The notes below the pieces were generated by a model. It was not told the origin of the DNA and did no database searches. It worked only from the letters and a program-made list of their open reading frames with translations. A stretch of 64,000 nucleotides of DNA, taken from positions 1-64,000 of IMG/VR virus record IMGVR_UViG_3300032294_002710. One strand, given 5' to 3'. This stretch comes from a virus. Below, piece by piece: positions 18,244 to 28,961 of the stretch. A program made the translations under genes and the position numbers. The first letter of the stretch is position 1; the number at the start of each line of letters is the position of its first letter.

Positions 18244-21200
18244 ATGGCAATTCAAATCGGTAAATACAAAAGACCAGGGATCTTCATAGAAGAGATTGAC
18301 AAATCGATTATTACCAGTCCAACAGTAGAAGGTTTTGCAAACCTTGTAATTGGTTTCTCTAAAAAAGGACCAGTTAACTCGGCTGTTCTTTTAAAAACGG
18401 TTGGTGACTTAGAGAGAATCTTTGGTTCTATTGATAGACAATTAGAAAGAAAGGGTTCATTCTTCCACAGAACAATTTCAAAAATGTTAGAAGCATCTCC
18501 AGTTTATGCAGTTAATTTATTACTTACAGATGACGCACTTGATACAATAGAATATCAGTCACTTTCAGCGTCTCCTGTTCATGGTAATGATTCTGAGAGA
18601 TTGGCGTCTTACAGAAAATTCTTTGATACTACTGGATTCTGGAAAAGAGATACTGACTCTTTTATAGACATCACAAAGGTTAACTCAGGATATGAAAATA
18701 GAGTTTTAAACTTTACTAACTTATCAGACAGATATATTACAGTATTCTGTGTTAAATCCGCGGTGTCTGGATTTGATAGACCATTACTTGAGTGGTATGG
18801 TTCTATAGAAAAATTACCACCATATCTCTACCCTACTGATTTGGCTTCTGATTATTTAGTTGATGTGGTTGTTGTTGGTGGCGACTGGTCAAATTATCAA
18901 GAGTTATCAGTTGATCCAAGATGGACAGCTTACTTCTCTGCAGATGGTCTTAAAAAATCTCAAATTAGAAACTTTGCTAATGATAGAAACGTGACTCTAT
19001 TGGGATATTATGAAGGACTTTCTTTGATTCCGTATTTTAGAGATTTAAATGGTAGAAATATTTTTATTGAAACAATTATAAATAGAGAAACAGATAGAAC
19101 TGGACTATTTTGCGCATTTAATAATGATTTATTTGAAACAGATTATCCAAAAGGTCTTGTTGATTTAGTTGGTAATGGTTTAGTTTCTGATGATCTATTA
19201 AGTAATCCTCCATCTTTAGATGAAACTTATTATCAGTCTTTAGATAAGAATGATGGTACAGTAGACGGTGAATTGTCAATTAACTTTTTATCATATAAAG
19301 AGCAAATTACTGAGACACTTACATTTGCTAATAGAGTATTAGATAGACCAGGTAACGTAGTTGCTTTATTCTCAGATTGGAATAACTCAGCATTAACTAA
19401 TAACGAATATGCTCACTCATTCAATGATAATAGTGGTACAGTGTTGGGTGGTATTTTATCAGGTGATAATTTAGGATATATCGCAAATCCTAACAGAACT
19501 TACTGGTTTGCAGAAGGTTATGTAAACGACCTTGAATCTTTAGGACCTGATGATAGTGGTACTCAGAGTTGGACATGGACATATAAAGTAGATAGTACTT
19601 CTAATAATGGATACGCTGTTATTGGTGGTAACTATGTTGCTTTATCTGGTACATATTCTATCGAATTAAAAGCTAGCTCATTCCCAAGTATTTCAGGAAC
19701 TAATTCATTTAATTGGGCTACAGTAATCGAATCGACTGGAAATATTACTTTTAAAGTATCTACTGCTACTTCATCAAATGCAACTGTTGCTCCTACTGAT
19801 ATAGTTTTACACTACGGTACAGCCGATTTAAATGGTGGTGTGTTTGTTACGAGTTCGATTAATGATACTGTTGTTACTGTTAATAGTGCCGGTGGCGGTG
19901 GTGCATTCTCTTATAATACACTAGAGTTAAATAGTGATTATATAATTAGTACAGCTTCAACTCCTCAATTAGTATTGAATGAGGGAGACTTCAAGGTTGA
20001 ATTCTTGAATACTAATTCCACACCAGATGTTAAAAACTATGAACAATATAGAAGATTTAAGATGTTTAATTCAATTTTATCTTATATTGACACAAGTACT
20101 GCATTTAGAGGACTTATGTTATTGGGTCCTGGTGGAACAGTAAATACAAACTACGAGACTGTTAAGAAAAGCTTATCAGAAATAAGAATTACAGATATTA
20201 AAACTGGAACAACTGCTAATAAGTCATTCGTTGTTAGAACTGGTTTACCATATGCTGATATTCAAGATGTTGTTGAAAACGGAGAACTTGTATTCTACAA
20301 ATTAGATGATGAATTCTTAGTTGACTACGCTGGATTTGAGACTAAAAACACTTTGCCAGTATTGGATGGAAGTACAGCATCATTTGGTGTTGTAGGAAAG
20401 TACTCACAATTCTATACAAGATATGATCAAGGTTTAATAGGAACTGGAGATGTATTTTATCAGAATGAACTTTGGGATGGTGTTCAAGTACAATTTGTAC
20501 CTGGTGCTAGTGCTACTGCATCATTGACTGGATATAATTACATTGTATTTAGAGTTGATGAGAGTGGAAATTATGCAACTGAAAATAATGCATTCTTTGG
20601 AGAATTGAACAATTATCAAGGAGATAGATCTTCTGATGTTTTGGGTTATCAGTTCTTAATAGGTGGTGTTAATAACAGTGGAGCATTTGAAATAAAGTAT
20701 GACGAAGGTATGACTGTAGAAAATGGATTAGATTTACCGGGTGATGCTACAGGGGATTCACTTATTCCAGGTAGAGCAGCTTTACTATCATCTTATAGTA
20801 ATGGTATTATCGACTCTCTTAATACTGCTTCTTATAGCTTCTATGCTTATGAAGTTTACGAAACAATTGTTGATGAAACAATTAACATAACTAAATTATA
20901 TGGATTTAATAATCAATTTAACGGTAGTCCAATATATTTAGCACCTTACCAAAAAGATAATGGTGATTTGGTTGTAACATTCCAAAACTACAACTTAGGA
21001 ACACAGTCGGTATTAAATTCTGTTAATACTACTGCTGATAGTGCACTTGCAACTAATGGAACAATCTATGTTAAGTCTGCTAGAAGCAATTTCAAACAAA
21101 CTCTTGAAGTTGAAAGTCCATCTGGATGGGTAGAAGTTCCAAATAAAGTGTTGGTTAAGAGAAACAGATACGCTGAGGTTAAAGTTGGTGATTATCTTGA

Positions 21201-22440
21201 AGCATCTTACGACCCATCTTTATTGAAGTCCGATCAAATGCCTAAGAAGCTTACAAGAATACAAACTAAGAAGGTTTGGTCTGGTAACAGTGATTATGTA
21301 GAGTTGTCTTGTGATTCTTCTATTAAATTGAGAACATTTAATGGTGATAAGCAAACCAATAGATATACTAAAATTGATGATTATGTTTCAACTTATAAAG
21401 CAATATCTCTTAAAGGATTTAGAATAAGAGAAGCATCTATACCAGATGGTACTGAGGCAAAACAGTCAGCTATACTTGATGTTGTTGCTAAAGGAACACC
21501 ATTGTTCAAGGCTCTTGCGAACAAAGAAGCATTTGACTTTAGATACTTAATTGACTCGTTTGGTTTGGGATTAACACCAGACTCAAAACAACAATTAGTT
21601 GATATTTGTGGTGATAGATTGGACGCTTTTGGTATATTAAATATGCCTTCATTGAAGACATTCAAAAATTCAGTATCTCCTACATTTAAAGATGGTAATG
21701 GTACTTTACAATTGGAGTATGTTGCTAAGGGTGGTGATCCTGAGAGTAATCCAGAGTTCCTTTATTCATTTGGTAAGGGAGTCGGTGTAACTTCAGTTGG
21801 ATATTTCTTACCGTATGTTACAATAGATGACTTTGGTAGACCAATTGATGTGCCACCAGCATCTTATGTTGGATTAACATTTATGAGAAAGCACAACAGC
21901 ACAACAACAAGTATAGTTCCTTGGACTATCGCTGCTGGTGTTACAAATGGTAGAATTACTGGTATACAAGATCTTGAGCAGATATTCACACCATCTGACC
22001 TTGAATTCTTAAACCAAGCACAAATGAACCCATTAACATTCAAGAGAAACAGAGGATTCGTAATTGAGACTGAAAATACGGCACAGGTTCTTTATAAGTC
22101 AGCATTATCTTTCATACACGTAAGAGAGGTGTTGATTGAATTAGAAAGAGAACTTTCAAGAATGTTGTTAGACTTCCAATGGAGATTTAACACCGCTGAA
22201 ATCAGAGCTCAGATTAAATTACAAGCTGATGTTATCTGTGAAAAGTATGTTGCGCAAAATGGTCTATTTAACTACTTTAATAAGATAGACGAGGAAAATA
22301 ACACAGCAGAGATTATCGATAATCAAATCGGTGTGTTAGATACTTATGTTGAACCAATCAAGGGTATGGGTATTATTGTAAATAATATCACAATTCTTAG
22401 AACAGGCGCTATCTCAGCAGGTGGATTTATAAATTCATAA
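18244..22440 (+). CDS. Tail sheath protein (T4 gp18-like) with large insertion domains
   Basis: N-terminal PGIFIEEID...GFSKKGP; C-terminal HVREVLIELE..FNT..IDEENNT..IIDN..YVEP sheath signature; 1398 aa. Confidence 0.93.
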   Translation: MAIQIGKYKRPGIFIEEIDKSIITSPTVEGFANLVIGFSKKGPVNSAVLLKTVGDLERIFGSIDRQLERKGSFFHRTISKMLEASPVYAVNLLLTDDALDTIEYQSLSASPVHGNDSERLASYRKFFDTTGFWKRDTDSFIDITKVNSGYENRVLNFTNLSDRYITVFCVKSAVSGFDRPLLEWYGSIEKLPPYLYPTDLASDYLVDVVVVGGDWSNYQELSVDPRWTAYFSADGLKKSQIRNFANDRNVTLLGYYEGLSLIPYFRDLNGRNIFIETIINRETDRTGLFCAFNNDLFETDYPKGLVDLVGNGLVSDDLLSNPPSLDETYYQSLDKNDGTVDGELSINFLSYKEQITETLTFANRVLDRPGNVVALFSDWNNSALTNNEYAHSFNDNSGTVLGGILSGDNLGYIANPNRTYWFAEGYVNDLESLGPDDSGTQSWTWTYKVDSTSNNGYAVIGGNYVALSGTYSIELKASSFPSISGTNSFNWATVIESTGNITFKVSTATSSNATVAPTDIVLHYGTADLNGGVFVTSSINDTVVTVNSAGGGGAFSYNTLELNSDYIISTASTPQLVLNEGDFKVEFLNTNSTPDVKNYEQYRRFKMFNSILSYIDTSTAFRGLMLLGPGGTVNTNYETVKKSLSEIRITDIKTGTTANKSFVVRTGLPYADIQDVVENGELVFYKLDDEFLVDYAGFETKNTLPVLDGSTASFGVVGKYSQFYTRYDQGLIGTGDVFYQNELWDGVQVQFVPGASATASLTGYNYIVFRVDESGNYATENNAFFGELNNYQGDRSSDVLGYQFLIGGVNNSGAFEIKYDEGMTVENGLDLPGDATGDSLIPGRAALLSSYSNGIIDSLNTASYSFYAYEVYETIVDETINITKLYGFNNQFNGSPIYLAPYQKDNGDLVVTFQNYNLGTQSVLNSVNTTADSALATNGTIYVKSARSNFKQTLEVESPSGWVEVPNKVLVKRNRYAEVKVGDYLEASYDPSLLKSDQMPKKLTRIQTKKVWSGNSDYVELSCDSSIKLRTFNGDKQTNRYTKIDDYVSTYKAISLKGFRIREASIPDGTEAKQSAILDVVAKGTPLFKALANKEAFDFRYLIDSFGLGLTPDSKQQLVDICGDRLDAFGILNMPSLKTFKNSVSPTFKDGNGTLQLEYVAKGGDPESNPEFLYSFGKGVGVTSVGYFLPYVTIDDFGRPIDVPPASYVGLTFMRKHNSTTTSIVPWTIAAGVTNGRITGIQDLEQIFTPSDLEFLNQAQMNPLTFKRNRGFVIETENTAQVLYKSALSFIHVREVLIELERELSRMLLDFQWRFNTAEIRAQIKLQADVICEKYVAQNGLFNYFNKIDEENNTAEIIDNQIGVLDTYVEPIKGMGIIVNNITILRTGAISAGGFINS

Positions 22441-22457
22441 TAGAATTTGATAATATT

Positions 22458-22545
22458 AAAAAACCCAGAATTAAATTCTGGGTTTTTTATTTTGCTGCTG
22501 AAGATGTAGAATAAAAAATCCGAATCAATTTGATTCGGATTTTTT
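22458..22545. terminator. Two back-to-back intrinsic terminators
   Basis: AAAAACCCAGAAT..ATTCTGGGTTTTT and AAAAAATCCGAATCA..TGATTCGGATTTTT between convergent units. Confidence 0.8.
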
Positions 22546-22805
22546 TATATTCCTATATTTCCAAGATTTGAGCCTATATTTCCAATATTATTCATCATAG
22601 AACCTGGATTAAAGTTAGGCATCGATTTCTGTTGCTGATCTTCTTCCTGTTTTCTTTGTTTTTCTTCTTCTTCGTTTAGTTCGTTTATTATTTTAATATT
22701 CTCTTCTAACATCCAGAATGGCCACTCATCTATACAAAATTCATTTATATGAAAGTGCTTTTGTAAAAGAAGTTTATTTTTTAATAAAGGCCTCAAAGGC
22801 ATCAT
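22545..22805 (-). CDS. Baseplate hub/tail assembly chaperone C-terminal partner (gp51-like); possibly a frameshift product
   Basis: LQKHFHINEFCIDEWPFWMLE pattern of gp51/tail-chaperone-T-like proteins; overlaps the 3' end of the upstream gene. Confidence 0.5.
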   Translation of the reverse strand: MMPLRPLLKNKLLLQKHFHINEFCIDEWPFWMLEENIKIINELNEEEEKQRKQEEDQQQKSMPNFNPGSMMNNIGNIGSNLGNIGI

Positions 22806-23715
22806 GAACAACGAAAATACCTGACGCTCCGTTGGGAAATTGCATTTCAGCACGGACCTCCTGGCCGTCAATTATCTTGACGAGCTCCTTAATTCCAAAA
22901 GTCATTTTACCAACTGCTGCATTCAAAAACTGGAAAGATATATCATCAAGTTGCTCGAATTCTTTTAATTTAGCTTTAATTCCATCATATGTTATTGATG
23001 TTCTACCCTCTAACATAAAAGGAATTATTTTTAAGAATGCTAAATTTGGTGTTCTATTTTCATTATTTTCTTTAATAATATAGTCAGTAAATGCTTTTTG
23101 AATTCCTATATTTGGAGGTGTTAATTCAAATTCCTTACCATTTATCGTTTGGAAAACATAGGAATTTTTTGATTTAGAAAAGTACCTTTCTAATTGTTCA
23201 TCTGATTCAAAGAATTTAAAATTCTCTCTAACTAGTTCAACCTGAACTTCACCTGATCCAGATTGTACAGTTACTGCTAAACTGTTTCCTTGTTGGAATG
23301 TTAATTCTCTTATAGTGAAAATTAAATATAATCTATCTTGGTCCTTAACATCTAAATAAGATGCTATATTTCCATTTGGATATTTTACTCTAACACAGGC
23401 TTGTAGCATATCATTCATTTTTTCGACAATATCATAGAAGTTATTGTCATCCACCATAGAATATGCTTGAATTTCTTTCACCTGAGCTGGTCTAATCATT
23501 AAAAGAGTTCCTTGTGGATAGAATTTTCCACATGGTAGGTCCTTTACATCAAAATTGAAATATTGCAAATCCGTAGTCCTTGTTGAGTCAACATTTTGAG
23601 TAGGAATTTGTTCCACCATACTCTTAGCTGGATTGAAATTTGAAGACTTACTTTCCCTTTCCTCTAAATGTTTTCTTAGGAAATCTTCTTCTGACATTTC
23701 TTTATTATTTGACAT
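22774..23715 (-). CDS. Baseplate hub assembly protein (T4 gp26-like)
   Basis: LPCGKFYP..IRPAQVKEI..DRLYLIFTIRELT pattern; adjacent to the tail tube gene. Confidence 0.65.
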   Translation of the reverse strand: MSNNKEMSEEDFLRKHLEERESKSSNFNPAKSMVEQIPTQNVDSTRTTDLQYFNFDVKDLPCGKFYPQGTLLMIRPAQVKEIQAYSMVDDNNFYDIVEKMNDMLQACVRVKYPNGNIASYLDVKDQDRLYLIFTIRELTFQQGNSLAVTVQSGSGEVQVELVRENFKFFESDEQLERYFSKSKNSYVFQTINGKEFELTPPNIGIQKAFTDYIIKENNENRTPNLAFLKIIPFMLEGRTSITYDGIKAKLKEFEQLDDISFQFLNAAVGKMTFGIKELVKIIDGQEVRAEMQFPNGASGIFVVHDAFEAFIKK

Positions 23716-23902
23716 AGAATTTTTTTATTTTTTTAAGGTATATATACTTATATCTATGTTCTCCTTTTATGTTTTTTTAAAATAGAAAAAAGTTAGTTTT
23801 TTTAGTGAATATATATTATGAAAATTGTTAGGAACATATTAGATTAAAATATATAATCTATAATTGTTAAAGCAATTAAACAAAAAATAATAAAAAAAAA
23901 TT

Positions 23903-24529
23903 ATGCCGCTTCCACATTTTACCCAATTACAGGTTACTGGTAGTCCTGGTGGGCCTGGAACTCAACCACAGGAACCAGTATACTTGAACCTATTTGAGAT
24001 TAATTTTGTACTTCCAACAATATTACAAGCTCAAGGTAGAGATCCAGTATTGTTGTTACAACAGGCTCTTTCAGTTGATTTGAATACAACAAATAAAACA
24101 TTAGCTACTTCTAACCAAAGATGGAAGTATACAACTAGAGCATTCGTGAATGCTGGTCCTGCTGAAACTCACATAGATGATTTGGCTATAACTTTTAACG
24201 TAAATGTTAATAATAATGGTTCTATGGAAAGTTGGGCTGCATTGAGAGCATGGTATGATCTAGCTTGGAATTCTCAGAATGGTTATTTACATTATAAGGC
24301 TGATATGGTTGGTACTATCATCGTAAGTCAACACGATAAAAAAGGACTTGTATTGAGAAGAGTAACCTTCCAAAACGCTCAAATTAAAGCTGTTACTAGT
24401 CCAAGTTTAACTTATGAAGGACAAGGTATATTGCAAAATATCACCGCAAACTTTGTTTGTGACTACTGGGTTGATGAATACATTGATAACAACTTCACTA
24501 TTTCACCACCATTCGTTGAGGGTTACTAA
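23903..24529 (+). CDS. Tail tube protein (T4 gp19-like)
   Basis: EPVYLNLFEI, LRAWYDL, YKAD, ITANFVCDYW; size and context fit. Confidence 0.85.
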   Translation: MPLPHFTQLQVTGSPGGPGTQPQEPVYLNLFEINFVLPTILQAQGRDPVLLLQQALSVDLNTTNKTLATSNQRWKYTTRAFVNAGPAETHIDDLAITFNVNVNNNGSMESWAALRAWYDLAWNSQNGYLHYKADMVGTIIVSQHDKKGLVLRRVTFQNAQIKAVTSPSLTYEGQGILQNITANFVCDYWVDEYIDNNFTISPPFVEGY

Positions 24530-24548
24530 TAGTAATTTAAAAATACTT

Positions 24549-24577
24549 AAAGTCGATAAGAAATTATCGACTTTTTT
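24549..24577 (+). terminator. Intrinsic terminator
   Basis: AAAGTCGATAA-gaaa-TTATCGACTTTTTT. Confidence 0.8.
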
Positions 24578-24629
24578 ATTTAAAACAAGTCTTAATCTAT
24601 TCATATAAATTACAAATATAATTATATGA

Positions 24630-25736
24630 ATGAAAGTTTTTATTACAACAGATTGGCATTTTGGTGTGTATGTCAATAATTTAGATAAATGGTTAAATAT
24701 GATGGAAGATTATTTCTATAACTTCTTCATCCCATTTCTTAAAGAAAATGCTAAAGAAGGTGATGTATTAATACATTGTGGTGACCTTTATGATAACAGA
24801 ACTTCTATTCCTATCATCGCATCATACAAAGCTGAAAAAATACTAACTGAAATATCTAAAATACTTCCAGTTCACTTGATTGTTGGTAATCATGATCTTT
24901 GGAATAAAGGATCTAATGATATTAATTCTGTGCGTCTTTTTAATTTTGTTGATAATATTAATGTCTATACTGATACAACCACCATTGAATTATTTGGAAA
25001 CAAATTGATATTGATGCCTTGGATTGAGAAGAGATTGGATATGATTAAACAGATTCAATCAAACTCTGGTGATTATCTATTCTGTCATAGTGATTTAAAT
25101 GGGTGTAGGATGCATTTAAATTCTGTCGCTCATAGAAATGCTGATAAAATAGATGTTGATGAGTTTAATCGATTTAAACATGTATTTTCTGGACATATAC
25201 ATATAAGACAAACTAATAAGAATTTTACATTTATTGGTTCACCATATCAAATGGATAGAAATGATATGGGTGATCAAAAGGGTATCACAGTATTAGACTT
25301 AATAAGTGGAAGTATTCATTTTGAACCAAATACATATTCTCCGGTATTTAAAAAAGTTCAAGTTGTTAATGAAGATGATGTTGAACTAATAGAGGGTTTA
25401 AAAAACTCAAAGGATTACATTGATCTTGTTATTTCCAATAATCTTCTTATAAATAATAGAAAGCTTAGAAGAAAGTTAGAAACTATTTTAGAGACTGGTA
25501 ATTTTGCATCTGTTGAATATTTAGATGATATAGTTAAAACTGAAAAAGAGAAGAAAGAAAAAGAATTAACCGAAGAAGAATTACAGATTTCTATTCAGTT
25601 AGAATATGAGGAATTCATCAAAGGTTATATTGAGAACCAAAAGTATGAAAATTCTGATTTCAGAGATGGTATGTTAGGTGAATTCAATGAGATTATAAGG
25701 ATTTATAATGAGAATTATAAGGTTAAAAGTGAATAA
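24630..25736 (+). CDS. Mre11/SbcD-like recombination nuclease (T4 gp47-like)
   Basis: Metallophosphoesterase motifs DWHFG, GDLYD, GNHD, FSGHIH, GSPYQ. Confidence 0.92.
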   Translation: MKVFITTDWHFGVYVNNLDKWLNMMEDYFYNFFIPFLKENAKEGDVLIHCGDLYDNRTSIPIIASYKAEKILTEISKILPVHLIVGNHDLWNKGSNDINSVRLFNFVDNINVYTDTTTIELFGNKLILMPWIEKRLDMIKQIQSNSGDYLFCHSDLNGCRMHLNSVAHRNADKIDVDEFNRFKHVFSGHIHIRQTNKNFTFIGSPYQMDRNDMGDQKGITVLDLISGSIHFEPNTYSPVFKKVQVVNEDDVELIEGLKNSKDYIDLVISNNLLINNRKLRRKLETILETGNFASVEYLDDIVKTEKEKKEKELTEEELQISIQLEYEEFIKGYIENQKYENSDFRDGMLGEFNEIIRIYNENYKVKSE

Positions 25737-25769
25737 AATTATTATATTTGCTCATTAATATATAAATTA

Positions 25770-26621
25770 ATGAGACATTTAAGAAGGTTCGAAGAATTGG
25801 ACCTTGATAAATATAAAAATTTTCTTGATAAGTATCAAAAGACCGGATACATATCTACCTCTTCTATTAAGAAATTAAAAGAATGGGGTTTAGATATTAA
25901 AGACTTTTCTCATATCGAGAATCAAGTTGTAAAATCCCTTGATTTCTTTAGAGATGGTGATGTTCATTTGTTTAATGATTATTTCATGGAGGTAAAAGAT
26001 AAATATCCGTATATATCATCTTATTTTTATTACTCATTAGATGTTACTCCTAAGAGCGCAGTAAAGTGGTCTAGTTCATTAGATAAATTTAATATTGTTG
26101 TCTCGATGGATGAGAATAATTTACCATCTAAAGATTCTACTAAAATAGATACTAATACTAGTGTTATTGATAAAGTTATTTCTGGTATAGAGGGTGCTCG
26201 TCAAAAAGAAATTGAAAAGCGAAAAGAACAGATGGATTCTTTCATGAAAAGAAGACCCGGAGCAGATGATGATTGGGTTAAGGGTTCCTATTTAAGAGCA
26301 AAATCTGAAAATTTTATAGAAAATTGCACTATATCTACAATTATAAATCTTCAAGTATTTTTGAATTTAAATGATTATGATCATTATTATAATCTAGGCG
26401 AAGACGAATGGGAATCCTATGATAAATATCTTAGAGAATTGAGAAAAACGGTGGTTGATGATATCGAATTAAATTTAAATTCAATTCTTAAAACATATTT
26501 TTCATCAATTGGACATTCTAATATTAATTCTAAAATAGAAAAAGGAGGATTTGGATGGAGAGGATTTTACGATCCTTCAAGTGATATTGTTATTTTTAAT
26601 ATAAAATGTGAACTAAATTAG
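25770..26621 (+). CDS. Hypothetical protein with N-terminal capsid-targeting-like peptide
   Basis: MRHLRRFEEL; AATATATA 5 nt upstream. Confidence 0.6.
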   Translation: MRHLRRFEELDLDKYKNFLDKYQKTGYISTSSIKKLKEWGLDIKDFSHIENQVVKSLDFFRDGDVHLFNDYFMEVKDKYPYISSYFYYSLDVTPKSAVKWSSSLDKFNIVVSMDENNLPSKDSTKIDTNTSVIDKVISGIEGARQKEIEKRKEQMDSFMKRRPGADDDWVKGSYLRAKSENFIENCTISTIINLQVFLNLNDYDHYYNLGEDEWESYDKYLRELRKTVVDDIELNLNSILKTYFSSIGHSNINSKIEKGGFGWRGFYDPSSDIVIFNIKCELN

Positions 26622-26879
26622 TTTCTCTAATTTAATTTTTAAATCACCAGTTCCTTTTATTATTCTGTGATATACCCCTTTGTGTATAAAAACTTTACCT
26701 TCAATTTTTATTGGTAGTTCATTATCTAATTGAAATTTCCAATCAGTTTCTTCAATAGGTTCTATTATTCTATCCTCTCTGTCACGATGCCAAGTTAATT
26801 CACCAGATTCTATATCTTGATAGAATGTTCTAATAAAAGTATTTTCAGATATTTTTTCTTCTTTAAATGGTAGTGTCAT
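26613..26879 (-). CDS. Small cupin-fold protein
   Basis: WHRDREDR...IHKGVYHRIIKG cupin His motifs. Confidence 0.65.
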   Translation of the reverse strand: MTLPFKEEKISENTFIRTFYQDIESGELTWHRDREDRIIEPIEETDWKFQLDNELPIKIEGKVFIHKGVYHRIIKGTGDLKIKLEKLI

Positions 26880-27238
26880 AATGTAAATGTTAAATGTATT
26901 TCTCTTTCTATTATTCCTTGGCGATCTACTTGAATATCTTCAAAATCAAACTCAATTTTAATATCTGGATATTCTTCTTTGACTTTATCAATACAGGACT
27001 TCAAATTATTTGAAAAATCGTATAACTCTTTTATATTTTCATCGTAATAATCAAACATTGTGGTTCTCTTTAAGACTGGTTCTTTTATAAAGATCTCATA
27101 ATAGTCTTCTATTTCATCTGATTCTCCATCACGATTAAATCCTTCAGCTCCCTCATCTAAAAATTCTGAGAATATAAATTTTAAATATTGAATATCTAGC
27201 TCATTAGAATTTGACTCGTTAAATTTTTTTATTTTCAT
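26876..27238 (-). CDS. Hypothetical protein with N-terminal capsid-targeting-like peptide
   Basis: MKIKKFNES. Confidence 0.6.
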   Translation of the reverse strand: MKIKKFNESNSNELDIQYLKFIFSEFLDEGAEGFNRDGESDEIEDYYEIFIKEPVLKRTTMFDYYDENIKELYDFSNNLKSCIDKVKEEYPDIKIEFDFEDIQVDRQGIIEREIHLTFTL

Positions 27239-27813
27239 ATTTTTTCAAAATTTTTTATAGAATCTTCACTGAATATTGCAACATTTTTTGAACCTTTTTC
27301 AATCACAAAGAATCCATCATATCCAGATTCTTTTATCTTATTGATAATAGGTTCACATTCAATTATTCTCCAAGCTCCATTTTTTATTCTCCAAAGATAA
27401 AAACTCACACTTTGTGATTTATCTGTTATATCAAATTCTTTATCTGTATCATAATCATAACCTTTAAATCCAGTGCCAACTTCTATAAACTTCGTACCAT
27501 TAGTCTGATCAACATATTTATCATTAATCATACTCTGTAAAGTGGATTTTAGATTTAATTTTTTCATTGTTTCTTTTTCCATTGGGTTGCAAAGCTTTAA
27601 ATTATCTTTCAATGTAACTTCCCAAACTGCACCATTTGGAAATTCGTCTTTTTCATTGAATCCTGCAAAGTCTTTTGCAAATTCTAAATTAGATGTTAGA
27701 AATATAGCACCTGCAAATCTTTTTTTCTCTGGTGGAAAATCTCCTTTTCTATTTCCGTGATATAGTTTCTCAGAAATAGATTCAAATAGTTTATATGGTT
27801 TTAAATGTTTCAT
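27235..27813 (-). CDS. ADP-ribosyltransferase-like protein with capsid-targeting-like peptide
   Basis: LYHG, GAIFLTSNLEFAKDFA and GYDGFFVIE match the H-G / F-x-T / GYDG pattern of phage ART domains. Confidence 0.6.
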   Translation of the reverse strand: MKHLKPYKLFESISEKLYHGNRKGDFPPEKKRFAGAIFLTSNLEFAKDFAGFNEKDEFPNGAVWEVTLKDNLKLCNPMEKETMKKLNLKSTLQSMINDKYVDQTNGTKFIEVGTGFKGYDYDTDKEFDITDKSQSVSFYLWRIKNGAWRIIECEPIINKIKESGYDGFFVIEKGSKNVAIFSEDSIKNFEKI

Positions 27814-28298
27814 ATTTTTTCAAAAATTAGTTCTACTTGATACATTTCTGGTAAGTAATTTTTTATAGATTTTTTGTTTATTTTAAAATCAAATCCGCTT
27901 TTTTTGTATCCTCTGTAATAAATTTGATAAAATTTATAATCTTCATTTTCCAAAAAACTAATTAAGTGGTTGATTTCATTTTCTATATCATCGAATTGAA
28001 ACGGCGTCCTGTGCCAAATCTCATACGGACCATTGACTTCCACCGCATTTATTTCTACACAAATAAAATTTTTGACGTGTTTGGAACTTTTAAGTCTTTC
28101 CTCATATGCACTTTTATCTTTTTCTGAATAAAATTGGCCGTATGTTGATAAGCTCGGATCGTTTTTTGATTTTCCTACCTTAATTAGATTCGATATAGAA
28201 ATTAAAAAATCATCATCAACTATATTGATAAATATATCCTTAATAGGCAATTCCAAATCATGAGATTCAAAAATTTTATATGATTTTAAATATTTCAT
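27810..28298 (-). CDS. Hypothetical protein with N-terminal capsid-targeting-like peptide
   Basis: MKYLKSYKIFES. Confidence 0.6.
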   Translation of the reverse strand: MKYLKSYKIFESHDLELPIKDIFINIVDDDFLISISNLIKVGKSKNDPSLSTYGQFYSEKDKSAYEERLKSSKHVKNFICVEINAVEVNGPYEIWHRTPFQFDDIENEINHLISFLENEDYKFYQIYYRGYKKSGFDFKINKKSIKNYLPEMYQVELIFEKI

Positions 28299-28301
28299 AT
28301 T

Positions 28302-28877
28302 TTACCAATAACCGGGATATGTTTTTCCACCAAATAAATGTCCGAATTTATTCAGTCGGCATGCCCAGTAACCTGGTTTAGTTTTATCTTTTTTCAAATG
28401 ACATTGATGACGAGCTGCAAAAGATTTTCTCGATTTTGGATCTGAAACTTTAGCACTCAATCCACCAGAAACATCACCAAAGTGAACCACTTTAACTTTT
28501 CCTGTTTTTGGATTCTTGACAAATACCTTATATTTCTTTGGACCAGAACTTCTTGTCGGATAGTTTAATTTAACTTCACGACCTTTATATTCTGCTTCAT
28601 TAATTTCCTCTATTATTTCAAGAGGTAAATCTAAAGGTACTAATTCACCTTCGAACATTTCAAATCTACCAATATCTGAACCTTCAAAAAGTTCTTTATC
28701 GTGTCCTGATAGTTCTATTCTACCACTATCATATAACTCTCTGGATTCTTTTAATAGTTTAAAATATGAATCTGATCCATATCTAAATATATTTTCAGTA
28801 ACTGACATATTATTATCAATATGATATTGTAGATGTTCGGATACTAACTCCTCGTTGAACTTTTTGATGTATTTCAT
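28302..28877 (-). CDS. Basic phage protein (FGD..SFAARH.C..YWAC family) with capsid-targeting-like peptide
   Basis: Likely start MKYIKKFNEE at 28877; C-terminal basic domain with conserved His/Cys. Confidence 0.6.
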   Translation of the reverse strand: MKYIKKFNEELVSEHLQYHIDNNMSVTENIFRYGSDSYFKLLKESRELYDSGRIELSGHDKELFEGSDIGRFEMFEGELVPLDLPLEIIEEINEAEYKGREVKLNYPTRSSGPKKYKVFVKNPKTGKVKVVHFGDVSGGLSAKVSDPKSRKSFAARHQCHLKKDKTKPGYWACRLNKFGHLFGGKTYPGYW

Positions 28878-28961
28878 AAAGAAAATCAATTTTTATTATA
28901 TATTAACTCTTCACCAAGAATTAAAGTTTTTATATATATTCAAAATGCTATTTGAATTTAG

